Source of the DNA: Felis catus
Taxonomy: Eukaryota
DNA length: 64,000 bases
Reading direction: 5' to 3'
NCBI RefSeq assembly: GCF_018350175.1
Contig: NC_058383.1
Span: 25,608,001 to 25,672,000, forward strand
Shown here: positions 50,784 through 61,540 of the stretch, piece by piece
Layout of the letters: each line of letters starts with the position of its first letter
Numbering within the stretch: the stretch's first letter is position 1
Notes under the pieces: generated by a model
Databases searched by the model: none
What the model was told of the DNA's origin: nothing
Seen by the model: only the letters and a program-made list of their open reading frames with translations
Program-made: the position numbers and the translations under genes

Positions 50784-51211
50784 CTTGAGTACTCTCTTTC
50801 AACCCTAGAGATAATAACTGCTTCCTACATGTGCTAGTCCCATACTTTCTTTACCTCTCTTTGTAGCTAATCCCTTCTACTAGTTAATAATTCTTTATAA
50901 AATTTTCCCTATTCAAATTACTAGTGTGGTGTGTGTCTCCTGAGTGGCCCCTGACAGACAGACTCTTTAATAAACAGTGTGTTCCATACGGAAGGTAATT
51001 TGGAGAACCGGTTTCACAACAGCCTCTGACAGTCACAGCAGATTCAGCGATATCCTTTCATTTTCAGGTGTAAGTTATGAATCTGAATTTGTTTGGGTTT
51101 GTTTGGGGTGCAATTCATATCTCTAACCTCCATGATATTGTGTATTCCTGTTTTTAAATAACGTATTGGAAATAAATGATAGCACAGTGATCTAAAGAAA
51201 AAGACAGAGAA

Positions 51212-51447
51212 GGATGCCTATGTGGCTCAGTGGGTTATGCATCTGACTTTGGCTCAGGTCATGATCTCGTTGTTCAGGAGTTTGAGCCCTGTGTCAGGCT
51301 CTGTGCTGACAGCTCAGCTTGGAATGTGTCTTGGATTCTGTGTCTCCCTCTCTCTTTGCCCATCCCCTGTTTGTACTCTGTCTCGGTCTCTGTCTCTCTC
51401 TCTGTCTCTCTCTCTCTCTCAAAAATAAATAAACATTAAAAAAAAAG
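51212..51447 (+). mobile_element. CAN-SINE
   Basis: TSD TAAAGAAAAAGA(C/G)AGA. Confidence 0.93.
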
Positions 51448-51771
51448 AATTAAAGAAAAAGAGAGAAAATTTGAGTCTCATCAACTCTGTCCTTCAATTT
51501 GACCACTTGGGAGTTTTTGTGTTTAAAATCTAAAACACCAAAAAGGTATGAACTATAGATGTAATTTTTTTTTGGTGGTTCCGAATTTTGATTCATATAT
51601 TGTTAAACTTGAATACTATGTTAAAAATAGAATTTCACATTTCCCTTAAATTATTTATTTTAAATCTAACTATGGATCAAGAAAATAGTGATTATTACTG
51701 AATATTAAATCTTTACTGAAAATAGTTTTGTTCTATAAAGAAAGAGGGTATATTAAAAAACAAATCTAGCC

Positions 51772-51898
51772 AGGGCACACGGGTGGCTCAGTCGGTTAAG
51801 TGTCCAACTTCAGCTCAGGGCATGATTGCATGGTTTGTGAGTTCAAGCTCTGTGTCAGGCTCTAGGCTGACAGCTCAGAGTCTGGCACCTGTTTCAGA

Positions 51899-51951
<53 letters not shown>

Positions 51952-52030
51952 TGACTGCTCATGTTCTGTCTCTCAAAAATAAACAAATATTTTTTAAATG
52001 TTTTTAATTTAAAAAATAAATAAATAAAAA
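51772..52030 (+). mobile_element. CAN-SINE whose CT tract is replaced by (TG)n (51902-51950)
   Basis: TSD AATCTAGCC; about 24 TG units. Confidence 0.92.
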
Positions 52031-52360
52031 TAATCTAGCCCAACTGTGAAACACTAGGTATACCATTGGGGGACTATCCCCAGTAATGGTAGCATTAGAT
52101 TTGTATTCACTGTATAGTTACAAATATTACTTTGTCTTTATCCAATATATTAAAATAATTTAAAGTCAAACAGCAGAAAGAACTACAGGATAGGTCTAAT
52201 TCAACTTTCTAAATTCCTTTCCCTAATCTTGTGCTCCCCTAAATTTATTTCCTTCAAACTTTCTGTACAGACTCTTCGTTTCAAGCTTTGCTCTTAAGAC
52301 AAAACAGCAATATTAAGGTTTTACGTTTCCCAAACTTTCCTCTTCTTGGCTGCTTATTTT

Positions 52361-52710
52361 TTTTACATATTATTACTTTGTTGAATATGTTTGCCTGTAT
52401 ATCCATAACTTTTTCCTTCTTCAAAATGGCTCTAAGTCATTTACTACTCACTCCTACCCAATTCTTAAGTAGCTATGCCGTTTGAATGAAAACCCCTCTT
52501 CAGTAAGCAATCACCATATAAGATCTCTCCAGTATCTGCCCTTGGCATCCTTAATCTTGCTTAAGTGTTGAGCCTTCCTGTTGGAGTTTGATGTTGTACT
52601 TGATGTTTCAGACTATTCCTTGTTTTCTAGCGGCCTCACTTATTAAGACTGGTTTCAGCTTATATTCTGCTAGGTCTGCAGCAAACAGCCCATTTCATGT
52701 ACCCCTATTT
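52361..52710 (-). other. Putative L1 3'-transduced segment
   Basis: Unique sequence between the L1 poly(A) and a short second A-tract abutting the TSD copy at 52346-52360. Confidence 0.75.
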
Positions 52711-53026
52711 CTTTTTTTTTTAATATGAAATTTATTGTCAAATTGGTTTCCATACAACACCCAATGCTCATCCCAACAGGTGCCCTCCTCAATACCCACC
52801 CCCCAGCCCCCATCAACCCTCAGTTTGTTCTCAGTTTTTAAGAGTCTCTTATGGTTTGGCTCCCTCCCTCTCTAACTTTTTTTTTTCTCCTTCCCCTCCC
52901 CCATGGTCTTCTGTTAAGTTTCTCAGGATCCACATAAGAGTGAAAACATATGGTATCTGTCTTTCTCTGTATGACTTGTTTCACTTAGCATAACACTCTC
53001 CAGTTCCATCCACGTTGCTACAAAAG
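52711..53026 (-). mobile_element. 5'-truncated young L1 (felid type), extreme 3' end
   Basis: Reverse complement closely matches the L1 at 11240-11550 (CTTTTGTAGCAACGTGGATGG...GACAATAAATTTCATATT-An); TSD TTGGCTGCTTATTTT at 52346-52360 and 53027-53041. Confidence 0.95.
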
Positions 53027-53057
53027 TTGGCTGCTTATTTTAAAATAAAATGATGGC

Positions 53058-53281
53058 AGGGGCGTCTGGGTGGCTCAGTCGGTTGAGCGTCTGACTCCAG
53101 CTCAGGTCATGATCTCGCACTCTGTGAGTTCTAGCCCCGTACTGGGCTCTGTGCTGACAGCTCAGAGCCTGGAACCTGCTTCGGATTCTGTGTCTCCCTC
53201 TCTCTCTGCCCCTCCCCCGCTCATGCTCTGTCTCTCTCTCTCTGTCAAAAATAAATAAACATTAAAACTTTTTTTTCTAAA
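53058..53281 (+). mobile_element. CAN-SINE
   Basis: TSD TAAAATAAAA(A)TGATGG. Confidence 0.95.
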
Positions 53282-53299
53282 TAAAATAAAATGATGGAA

Positions 53300-53556
53300 G
53301 GGTGCCTGGGTGACTCAGTTAAGTGGCAACTCTTGATTTCAGCTCCGGTCATGACCTCATGGCTCTTAGGATCAAGCCCCATAGTGGACTGTGTGCTGTC
53401 AGCATGGATCCTACTGGAGATTCTCTCTCCCCCCCCCTCTCTGCCCCTCCCCTGCTCACATACTCACTCTCTCTCTCTCAAAATAAATGGATAAACTTTT
53501 TTTAAAAAGGCAGATTATCCTTAAAAAATAATAAATTAGTAAAAAAATAAAATAAA
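53300..53556 (+). mobile_element. CAN-SINE (older)
   Basis: Head, CT tract and extended tail. Confidence 0.88.
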
Positions 53557-53606
53557 TGGAAGCACTGAATTCCTCCAAAGAGAAAGAGAGGAGGAAAGTA
53601 GGCACC

Positions 53607-53704
53607 TTTTTTTTTAAAGTAATCTCTACACCCAAGGTGGGGATCAAACTTACAACCCCGAGATCAAGAGTTGCATGCTCTACCAACTGAGCCATCCAGG
53701 TGGC
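53607..53704 (-). mobile_element. Short old CAN-SINE variant
   Basis: CCCCGAGATCAAGAGTTGCATGCTCTACCAACTGAGCCATCCAGG. Confidence 0.8.
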
Positions 53705-54936
53705 TTTATACAGTTTCTGGCCTTTATACAGTTTGCCTTTATACAGTTTCTGGCCATGGTCCCTTTGAGCCAGGGGCTTGATCCTCCCAGATCTGTCCTC
53801 CAGGAACTCTTTTGGTCTCTGAAGACCCAGCTGTCTGTCAACCTCATGTCCTATCAGGCCATGAAGCCCAGAGCAAGCACACAGAGGCACCAATTCCCAA
53901 ACCAAGTGCCTACATATTGACTGGCTACCATAGCAACGAGAGCGAGCCACATTAGCCCCTGAGCCACCTCGTGTGCAAGTCCCATTGAACCCCACAGCAA
54001 GGAGGGTTATCGATTCTCTCCCTGCATAACTCTCTCCTTCCTGCCACTGCTGAATACTTACTCACAGCAATACTGAGCAGAAAAAGGCCCCCAGATCACC
54101 CATGCCCCCCATTCATAACTAAGGGAACACATCGGAATCAGCCTGGAGGCTCTTTAGAAGTGCCTGACACACTGCACCAGAATCCCCAGGGCTGAGGGCT
54201 GCATTCACGTATCTCAAAGATGGTGATCCTCATGCACAACCTCAGTTAAGAACCACTGCTGTACAGAGCATGCACAGAGTTTACAGAAGGAAATACCAAT
54301 GGATTTCAGACACAAGATGTTAACCTCACCCAGAGACAAAGACCTCACAAAGTGAACCTATATTTTTTACCCATCAGATTAAGATCTATCCAAATATCGA
54401 AAGTTTGATCATCTTAAGACAATGAGCTAATCCCCCTAGTTTATAAAGTGTTTCTACAAAGGAATAATGAAAAGACCAATAACCTAATCTAGTAATAAAA
54501 AGACAAAGAAGATGAACAGATAATTGACAGAAAGGAAAATATTTCATTCATAAGAAAATCTAATGAAATAACCCATCCAAAGGTACCAAAAGTGTGGTAA
54601 TACACTGATAAAGTCATAGATGAATAGGTGGTAAGAAGGCAAATTGGTACACCCCATGTAGGCAGTACCTATGAAAATTACAAGCACTTTTCATCTTTGA
54701 GTCATTAATTCTACTCCTATGAATTTAACCAACTGATATAATTGCATACGTGTGAAAAGATTTAAGTACAGGGTTATTCATATGCAGCACTGTCTGTAGC
54801 AGTAAAAGATCAGGAGACCAGTTAAATCAATTATAATACAGCCATACAGTGAAATACTCTGCTAGACAACCATTTAAATAAAAGAAGTGAGATCAATGAA
54901 ACAATCCCAAGACACCTTATTAAATGAAAACAAATT

Positions 54937-55141
54937 GGGGCACCCGGGTGGCTCAGTCAGTTAAGCATCCAACTTTAGCTCAGGTCATGATCTCACGGTC
55001 CATGAGTTCGAGCCCCACGTCGGGCTCTGTGCTGACAGCTCAGAGCCTGGAGCCTGTTTCAGATTCTGTGTCTCCCTCTCTCTCTGCCCCTCCCCTGTTC
55101 ATGCTCTGTCTCTCTCTGTCTCAAAAATAAATAAATGTTAA

Positions 55142-55176
<35 letters not shown>

Positions 55177-55179
55177 AAC
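54937..55179 (+). mobile_element. CAN-SINE
   Basis: TSD AAAACAAATT; (TAAA)n tail. Confidence 0.95.
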
Positions 55180-55321
55180 AAATTATAAGGTTAAAACAGT
55201 ATGTGATTAATAACAAAATTATTTTCAGTAATGGTCACTTAATAATCACTAATAATCATTATTTCCTTATAGTTTAGATTTAAAACAATTAACTATTTTT
55301 AAAGAATAAATTTCTATTTTA

Positions 55322-55537
55322 GGGGCGCCTGGGTGGCGCAGTCGGTTAAGCATCCGACTTCAGCCAGGTCACGATCTCGCGGTCCGTGAGTTCGAGCCCC
55401 GCGTCGGGCTCTGGGCTGATGGCTCAGAGCCTGGAGCCTGTTTCCGATTCTGTGTCTCCCTCTCTCTCTGCCCCTCCCCCGCTCATGCTCTGTCTCTCTC
55501 TGTCCCAAAAATAAATAAACGTTGAAAAAAAAAATTT
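55322..55537 (+). mobile_element. Young SINEC_Fc-type SINE
   Basis: TSD AGAATAAATTTCTATTTTA; CpG-rich. Confidence 0.97.
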
Positions 55538-55567
55538 AGAATAAATTTCTATTTTAAAAATATTCAA

Positions 55568-55784
55568 GGGGCGCCTGGGTGGCGCAGTCGGTTAAGCATC
55601 TGACTTCAGCCAGGTCACGATCTTGCGGTCCATGAGTTCGAGCCCCGCATCAGGCTTTGGGCTGATGGCTCAGAGCCTGGAGCCTGTTTCCGATTCTGTG
55701 TCTCCCTCTCTCTCTGCCCCTCCCCCGTTCATGCTCTGTCTCCCTCTGTCCCAAAAATAAATAAAAAACGTTGAAAAAAAAAAA
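55568..55784 (+). mobile_element. Young SINEC_Fc-type SINE
   Basis: TSD AAAAATATTCAA. Confidence 0.96.
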
Positions 55785-55884
55785 TATTCAAATTCCATAC
55801 ATACACATATAAGCATATGTATACTTGTATTATACAGATAACCCTGAAAGATAACTTGTATTAATCAGACAACACACACACATA

Positions 55885-57065
55885 CACAAACTGATTCCAG
55901 GGCAGAGGATCTGAATAGACATTTTCCTAAAGATATACAGATGGCCAACAGGTACATGAAAAGGTATTCAGCATCATTTATCATCAGGGAGTGCAGATCA
56001 AAACCATAGTGACTTATCACCCCACACCTGTTAGATCGCTATCACCAAAAAAAAGTAAAATAAAATAACAAGTGTTGGCAAGAATGTGGAGGAAAGGGAA
56101 CCCTGGTGCACTACTGGTGGGAATGTAAATTGGTGCAGCCACTATGGAAACAGTATAGAATTTCCTCAAAAAATTAAAAATAGAACAACCATATGATGCA
56201 GCAGTTCCATTTCTGGGCATTTATTCAACAGAAACAAAAACAATATTTTGAAGATATCTGCACCCTATGTTCATTGCACCATTATTTACAATAGCCAGGA
56301 TATGGAAACCACCTAAGTGTTCAACAGATGAATGAAAAAAGAAAATGGTGTGTGTGTATATACAATGGAATGTTATTTGCCCATAAAAAAAGGAGGAAGT
56401 CTTGCCATTTGTAATGACCTGAATGGAACTTGAAGGCATTGTGCTAAAGAAATAAATCAGAGAAAGACAAATATCCTATGATCTCACTTATACGTGGAAT
56501 CTACAAATCCAAGATCATAGATACAGAGAACAGATTGGTGGTTGCTGGTGGGGGCAAAATGGGCAAAGGAAGTTAAAAGGTACAAACTTACAGTTACAAA
56601 GTAAGTCATGGGGATGTCATGTACAACATGGTGACTATAGTTAATAACACTGTATTGCATATTTAAACTTTTTTTTTAACGTTTATTTATTTTTGAGACA
56701 GAGACAGAGCATGAACGGGGGAGGGTCAGAGAGAGGGAGACACAGAATCTGAAACAGGCTCAGAGCCCGATGCGGGGCTTGAACTCACAGGCCGCGAGAT
56801 CATGACCTGAGCCGAAGTTGGCCACTTAACCGACTGAGCCACCCAGGCACCCCTGTATTACATATTTAAAAGTTGCTAAGAGAATAGATCTTAAAAGTTC
56901 TCGTCACAAGAACAATGATTTTTTTTTTTTTTACTATGTATGGTGACAGATGTTAACTATACTTATGGTAGTGATAATCTCACAATATATACAAATATGT
57001 AATTATTATATTTGTACACCTGAAACTGATACAATGCTATATGTCAATTATAAGTAAATTTAAAA
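55885..57065 (+). mobile_element. L1M(A-like) 3' fragment (degenerate ORF2 end plus 3'UTR)
   Basis: GATATACAGATGGCCAACAGGTACATGAAAAG...GGTGCAGCCACTATGGAAAC...CTTGCCATTTGT...ATGGTGACTATAGTTAATAACACTGTATT. Confidence 0.88.
56669..56853 (-). mobile_element. CAN-SINE with internal deletion, inside L1
   Basis: TSD CTGTATT(G/A)CATATTTAAA. Confidence 0.93.
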
Positions 57066-57208
57066 AAGAAAACAGAAGAATTACAAGCAAACCAGGAAAA
57101 AAACATAAGTGCTTACCTCCAAGCAAGATGATTAGTTTGCAGATTGTAAAGTAAGTGGTGTGGCTGTAACAAAGAAATCTATTTCCCCAAGCAAGGATAC
57201 AAACAGAA

Positions 57209-57280
57209 TGGAGATGCTGGGGATCGAACCCAGGACCTCATGCATGCTAAGCATGCGCTCTACCACTGAGCTACATCCCC
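57209..57280 (-). tRNA. tRNA-Ala, anticodon AGC (IGC after editing), 72 nt, intronless
   Basis: GGGGATGTAGCTCAGTGGTAGAGCGCATGCTTAGCATGCATGAGGTCCTGGGTTCGATCCCCAGCATCTCCA: all four stems pair, G3:U70 alanine identity pair, A73 discriminator, intact A and B boxes, no encoded CCA. Confidence 0.95.
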
Positions 57281-57949
57281 ACCTGCTGCTAACACTGCTT
57301 TGCTACACTGCTTTCATGAAAGAAAACAGAAATTTGCTCCCTTAAAAGAAAACTACTGGTTATAGTGATAGCCAGGAGAGTTTCTTTTTTTTTTTTTGGG
57401 GGGGGGGGGGAGGGGGAGTGGGGAGTGGGTAATGCAGAGAGTGTATATGGGGAGGTAGGAGTTAGAAATGAAAGTAATTTACTTTTCTTTCTATGCTTTT
57501 TGTATACTTGAGTATTTTATCATGCAGGCATTACCTACTTAAAGCAAAAAAAGATGTAAAATAAAATAAAAAAGAAAATAAAGGTTACACAAAACCACTT
57601 TTCTGCAAAAATGCCCTCACTTTATAGATGGAAAACTGAAGCCAAATAAGAGAAGGGTCTCTCCTATCCACAAATCCTCCAGCTCCCCCAAAAGTGGGAC
57701 CACCTCCCTCTGAGCCCCAGAATCCTTGGTTCTTTTCAGGGTTAGAGACTCCATGCCTTGTTGCCATCATTTCCAAGCTTCATCCAACCCTCTACCCTCA
57801 GTACCCACCTCAGGGCATCCATAATTTTTGTTAATCCTTTCATCCTGCAAACAAAGTTTGTTGAGGATTGACCATGGCCCAGACATTATGGCTACACACC
57901 AGGAGTACACTGATAAGCTTCAAGGTCAAGGTCCCTCCTGACCTTGTAG

Positions 57950-58075
57950 ATAGGACTGTGCTGTACAGGCTATGCATTAACACAATTTCAGGAAATGCCA
58001 TCCACATAAACTATTATTTAACTGGTACCCCTTAGATTTGTGTCATGCAAATCTAACTATACCCAGTGGCCTTGC
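57950..58075. mobile_element. MER91-like MITE (degenerate)
   Basis: Resembles the element at 13900-14025 (CTGTACAGGCTATGCATTAACACAATTTCAGG...GGTACCCCTTAGATTTGTG). Confidence 0.4.
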
Positions 58076-58583
58076 CCATATGTCCAATAGTCCAGTGGAG
58101 AAAATAAATTAATAAATATAATATGTATATATACTTCTTTTCATTGGAATCAGGGCAATGAAAGAAAAGAACCAGGAGTTACAAGAAAGAACAAAAGGAA
58201 GGACCTATTTTGAGTTTCACATAAGCCATTATGAGAAAGTGATATTTAAGCCAAGAAATTGTATTAGTTAGGAATTTTTTTAGTTGCTAGTAATAGAGAC
58301 ACAACTTAGTAGCTTTAACAAAAGTTTCCAATTTGTCTTATTCCATGAGAAGCCAGAAGGCTAACAGCCTAAAACTAATTTGGCAGCTCCATCAGTTCAG
58401 GGGGCCAGCCTCCTTCTGTCTTTCTGCTTTACATTCCTTAATATGCGGCTTCCATTCTCCTCAGGGTCCAAATGGTTGCCAGACCTCCAGCCACCACATT
58501 GGCATCATAAACAACAGGACAGGGCAAGGACATTAGACAAATAAGGGAACACACCCCCACCCATTTAAGGAGATGAATCTTCT

Positions 58584-58840
58584 GGGGCGCCTGGGTGGCG
58601 CAGTCAGTTAAGCGTCCGACTTCAGCCAGGTCACAGTCTCGTGGTCCGGGAGTTTGAGCCCCGCGTCGGGCTCTGGGCTGATGGCTCAGAGCCTGGAGCC
58701 TGTTTCTGATTCTGTGTCTCCCTCTCTCTCTGCCCCTCCCCTGTTCATGCTCTGTCTCTCTCTGTCCCAAAAAATAAATAAACGTTGAAAAAAAAATTTT
58801 TTTTAATAAAAATAAAAAATAAAAATAAATTAAAAAAAAA
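58584..58840 (+). mobile_element. Young SINEC_Fc-type SINE
   Basis: TSD AAGGAGATGAATCTTCT. Confidence 0.96.
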
Positions 58841-58968
58841 GGAGATGAATCTTCTACTTCCATCTCATTGGCCAGAAGCTGGTCCCATGAACACAACATG
58901 CTGCAAGAAAGGCTGGACACTGGAGTCTCTAAACCATCACCCAGAGTTGTTATTAAAAAGGGCGAATT

Positions 58969-59203
58969 GGGGGCGCCTGGGTGGCACAGTCGGTTAAGTG
59001 TCCGACTTCAGCCAGGTCACGATCTCGCGGTCCGTGAGTTCGAGCCCCGCGTCGGGCTCTGGGCTGATGGCTCAGAGCCTGGAGCCTGTTTCCGATTCTG
59101 TGTCTCCCTCTCTCTCTGGCCCTCCCCCGTTCATGCTCTGTCTCTCTCTGTCCCAAAAATAAAATAAAAAAACGTTGAAAAAAAAATTTTTTTAAAAAAA
59201 AAA
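58969..59203 (+). mobile_element. Young SINEC_Fc-type SINE
   Basis: TSD AAAAGGGCGAATT. Confidence 0.96.
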
Positions 59204-59212
59204 GGGCGAATT

Positions 59213-59437
59213 GGGGGCACCTGGGTGGCTCAGTCAGTTGGGCAGCCGACTTCGGCTCAGGTCAAGATCTCGCGGTCCATGAGTTCGAGCCCCGCGTCGG
59301 GCTCTGTGCTGACTGCTCAGAGCCTGGAGCCTGTTTCAGATTCTGTGTCTCCCTCTCTCTGACCCTCCCCCATTCATGCTCTGTCTCTCTCTGTCTCAAA
59401 AATAAATAAACGTTAAAAAAATTTAAAAAAAAAAATA
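59213..59437 (+). mobile_element. CAN-SINE
   Basis: TSD-like GGGC(G/A)AATTG shared with the neighbouring copy. Confidence 0.95.
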
Positions 59438-59525
59438 AGGGGCAAATTGTTTTGGGGAGGCAATAAGCAGTTTCTCCCATGGACTGGGAGAATAACAGGA
59501 GTTAACTATGTGAAAGAGTTGGTGA

Positions 59526-59760
59526 GGGGGGGCCTGGGTAGCTCAGTCGGCTGAGTGACTGACTTTGGCTCAGGTCATGACCTTGCAGTTTGTGAGTTCA
59601 AGCCCCGAGACAGGCCCTGTGCTGACAGCTCAGAGCCTGGAGCCTGCTTCAGATTCTGTGTCTCCCTCTCTCTCTGCCCCTCCCCCACACATGTGTGGGT
59701 GTGTTCTCTCTCTGTCTCAGAAATAAATAAACATTAGAAAAAAAATTTTTTAATAAAAAA
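59526..59760 (+). mobile_element. CAN-SINE
   Basis: TSD AAAGAGTTGGTGAGGG. Confidence 0.95.
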
Positions 59761-59959
59761 GAGTTGGTGAGGGCAAGTTACAGGCATAGGAAACACAAGT
59801 ACAAAGTCTCCAAAAAGAAAACGAAGTCGGTGTTCTCAGAACTGAAAGGAGGCCAGGATAGCCAGAGCACACTGAGTAGGAGGAGATGAGGAACCAAAAA
59901 AAGGCATAGGAAAAGGACTCAGCCCCTTATGCACAGCAGCAAACCCGGGTGTCTACCAC

Positions 59960-60200
59960 CAACAGTGGGCAAAGCCTTGGAATCACACACCCACGTTCAT
60001 ATTCTAACTTCACTTCTTCCTCACTGAGAGCCCTTGGGTAAGTCCTTTAACTTGTCTGGGCCTGTTTCCTTACTTGTAAAACAAGAATTATATGAAAACA
60101 ATCTATAGATGTAGTGTGTGGATTAAATGAGATAATGTATATAAGGAAGCTAGCACAGCACCTAACACATATTTAGCACACATTATTATTTATTAATTAT
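59960..60200 (+). mobile_element. MIR SINE
   Basis: CCTTGGGTAAGTCCTTTAACTTGTCTGGGCCTGTTTCCTTACTTGTAAAA...GGATTAAATGAGATAATGTATATAA. Confidence 0.7.
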
Positions 60201-60944
60201 CTCTTCGACCAAAAAGACTCACATAATTGTGACATAGTTAATAGTCAGGGTTGTATACCCAGCTTTGAACAAATCACCTGGCATATAGTTACTGCTCAAA
60301 AAATGGTAGCTTTTCCTATTGTGACCATTGCCAAGAACGGTCACAAGGATAGCTCGTCAGAATTTCTTCCAGGCTCTTTCTTGACTCCTCATCCCATGCC
60401 AGCCAACTACAGACCTGTCCAATCTTCAGATTACCTACCTTAATGACAAACTAGAAATAAGTGTATGGGGATGGGGGAATGCCATCCGAGGGAGCTAACA
60501 GACCCCACAGGTGACTGGTTCGAGTCCCAATCTCTCTGCTTTGCTCAGGTTCTAAGAGTAAATAAGCTCAGCCTCAATGCAGAAATGCTTACTGCATTGA
60601 ACTTTAATAAAACCCACACTTGGACTCCAGGAAATACTGCCATTTATATCCCCATTGATTTTCTAAGCCTATTTTATTATTCTCCTTCCCGGTGAGGGTG
60701 GTATATATTTTTGGGCTATATTCCTTTCATAAATAAGTAAATATGTAGGTAAATACTAATAAGAGCTAACAGTTATTAAGTGCTTGGTCCCATGCCAGGG
60801 ATGGTGCTGCAGGGCTCTGCCTTTGTTATTTTATTCCCCCATCACAACAACCCAATGAGGCTGGCACTCCAATGGCTCCCATTCTATGGAGGAGCAGACT
60901 GAGATTCCAGAGCTGAAGCCACTTCCCCCCAAAAGGAGCAGGGA

Positions 60945-61540
60945 GATGCTATAGAAACAGTCTGGAAGTTCCTCAAAAAGTTATCCATGGAGTTGCCACA
61001 TGAGCCACCAATGCCACTCATAGGTATATACCCAAGAGAAATGAAGACATGTCTATCTAAATAAAAGGTGCACAAATGTTCATTGCAGCACTAGTCATGA
61101 TAGTCCAAAAAAGTGGGATAAATCCAAATGTCCATCAACGGACGAATGGACAGACAGAATGTTATTTATGCACTCAAGTAAATATTTTTCAGCCATAAAA
61201 AGTAATGAGAGACTAAAACACGCTACAACATGGATGAATCCTAAGAACATTAAATGATAGAAGCCAGACACAAAATGTCCCATATTGTATGATTCCACTG
61301 ATATATCCAGATTGGTCAAATCCACAGAGACAGAAGCAGACTGGCAGTTGCCAGAGGCTGGTGGACAGAAGGAAATCAGGAGTGGAAATGGAAAATGGAA
61401 ACAGGGTTTCTTTGGAGGATGATAAAAACATTCAGGAATAAGATAGTGATGATAGTTACACAAATACACTTAAACCCACTGAATTGTATACTTTTATGCT
61501 GTGAATTTTATGGTAAATGAATTATACCTCAATTTTTACT
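60945..61540 (+). mobile_element. Old L1M(B-like) 3' fragment
   Basis: GAAACAGTCTGGAAGTTCCTCAAAAAGTTA...CCCAAGAGAAATGAAGACA...AAATGTCCATCAAC...TATTGTATGATTCCA...TGAATTATACCTCAAT. Confidence 0.85.

Larger units (their letters stand above)
49191..50960 (+). mobile_element. LTR41-like ERVL LTR, split by an MLT1 LTR and an L1
   Basis: 5' GCTGGACCCTGTGAATATTTTTCCTTTGCCAGCTGG...CAGTAGAGG; 3' TTAATAATTCTTTAT...TTCAAATTACT...TCTCCTGAGTGGCCCCTGACAGACA. Confidence 0.7.

Noticed and set aside
53456..53995. Longest ORF (179 aa, minus strand)
   Set aside because: Runs through two SINEs and a tandem triplication, has a non-ATG start and no recognisable domain.
58438..58920. 160-aa ORF and the many MAQSV.../RERGRHRI ORFs
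   Set aside because: Recurrent translations of CAN-SINE sequence.
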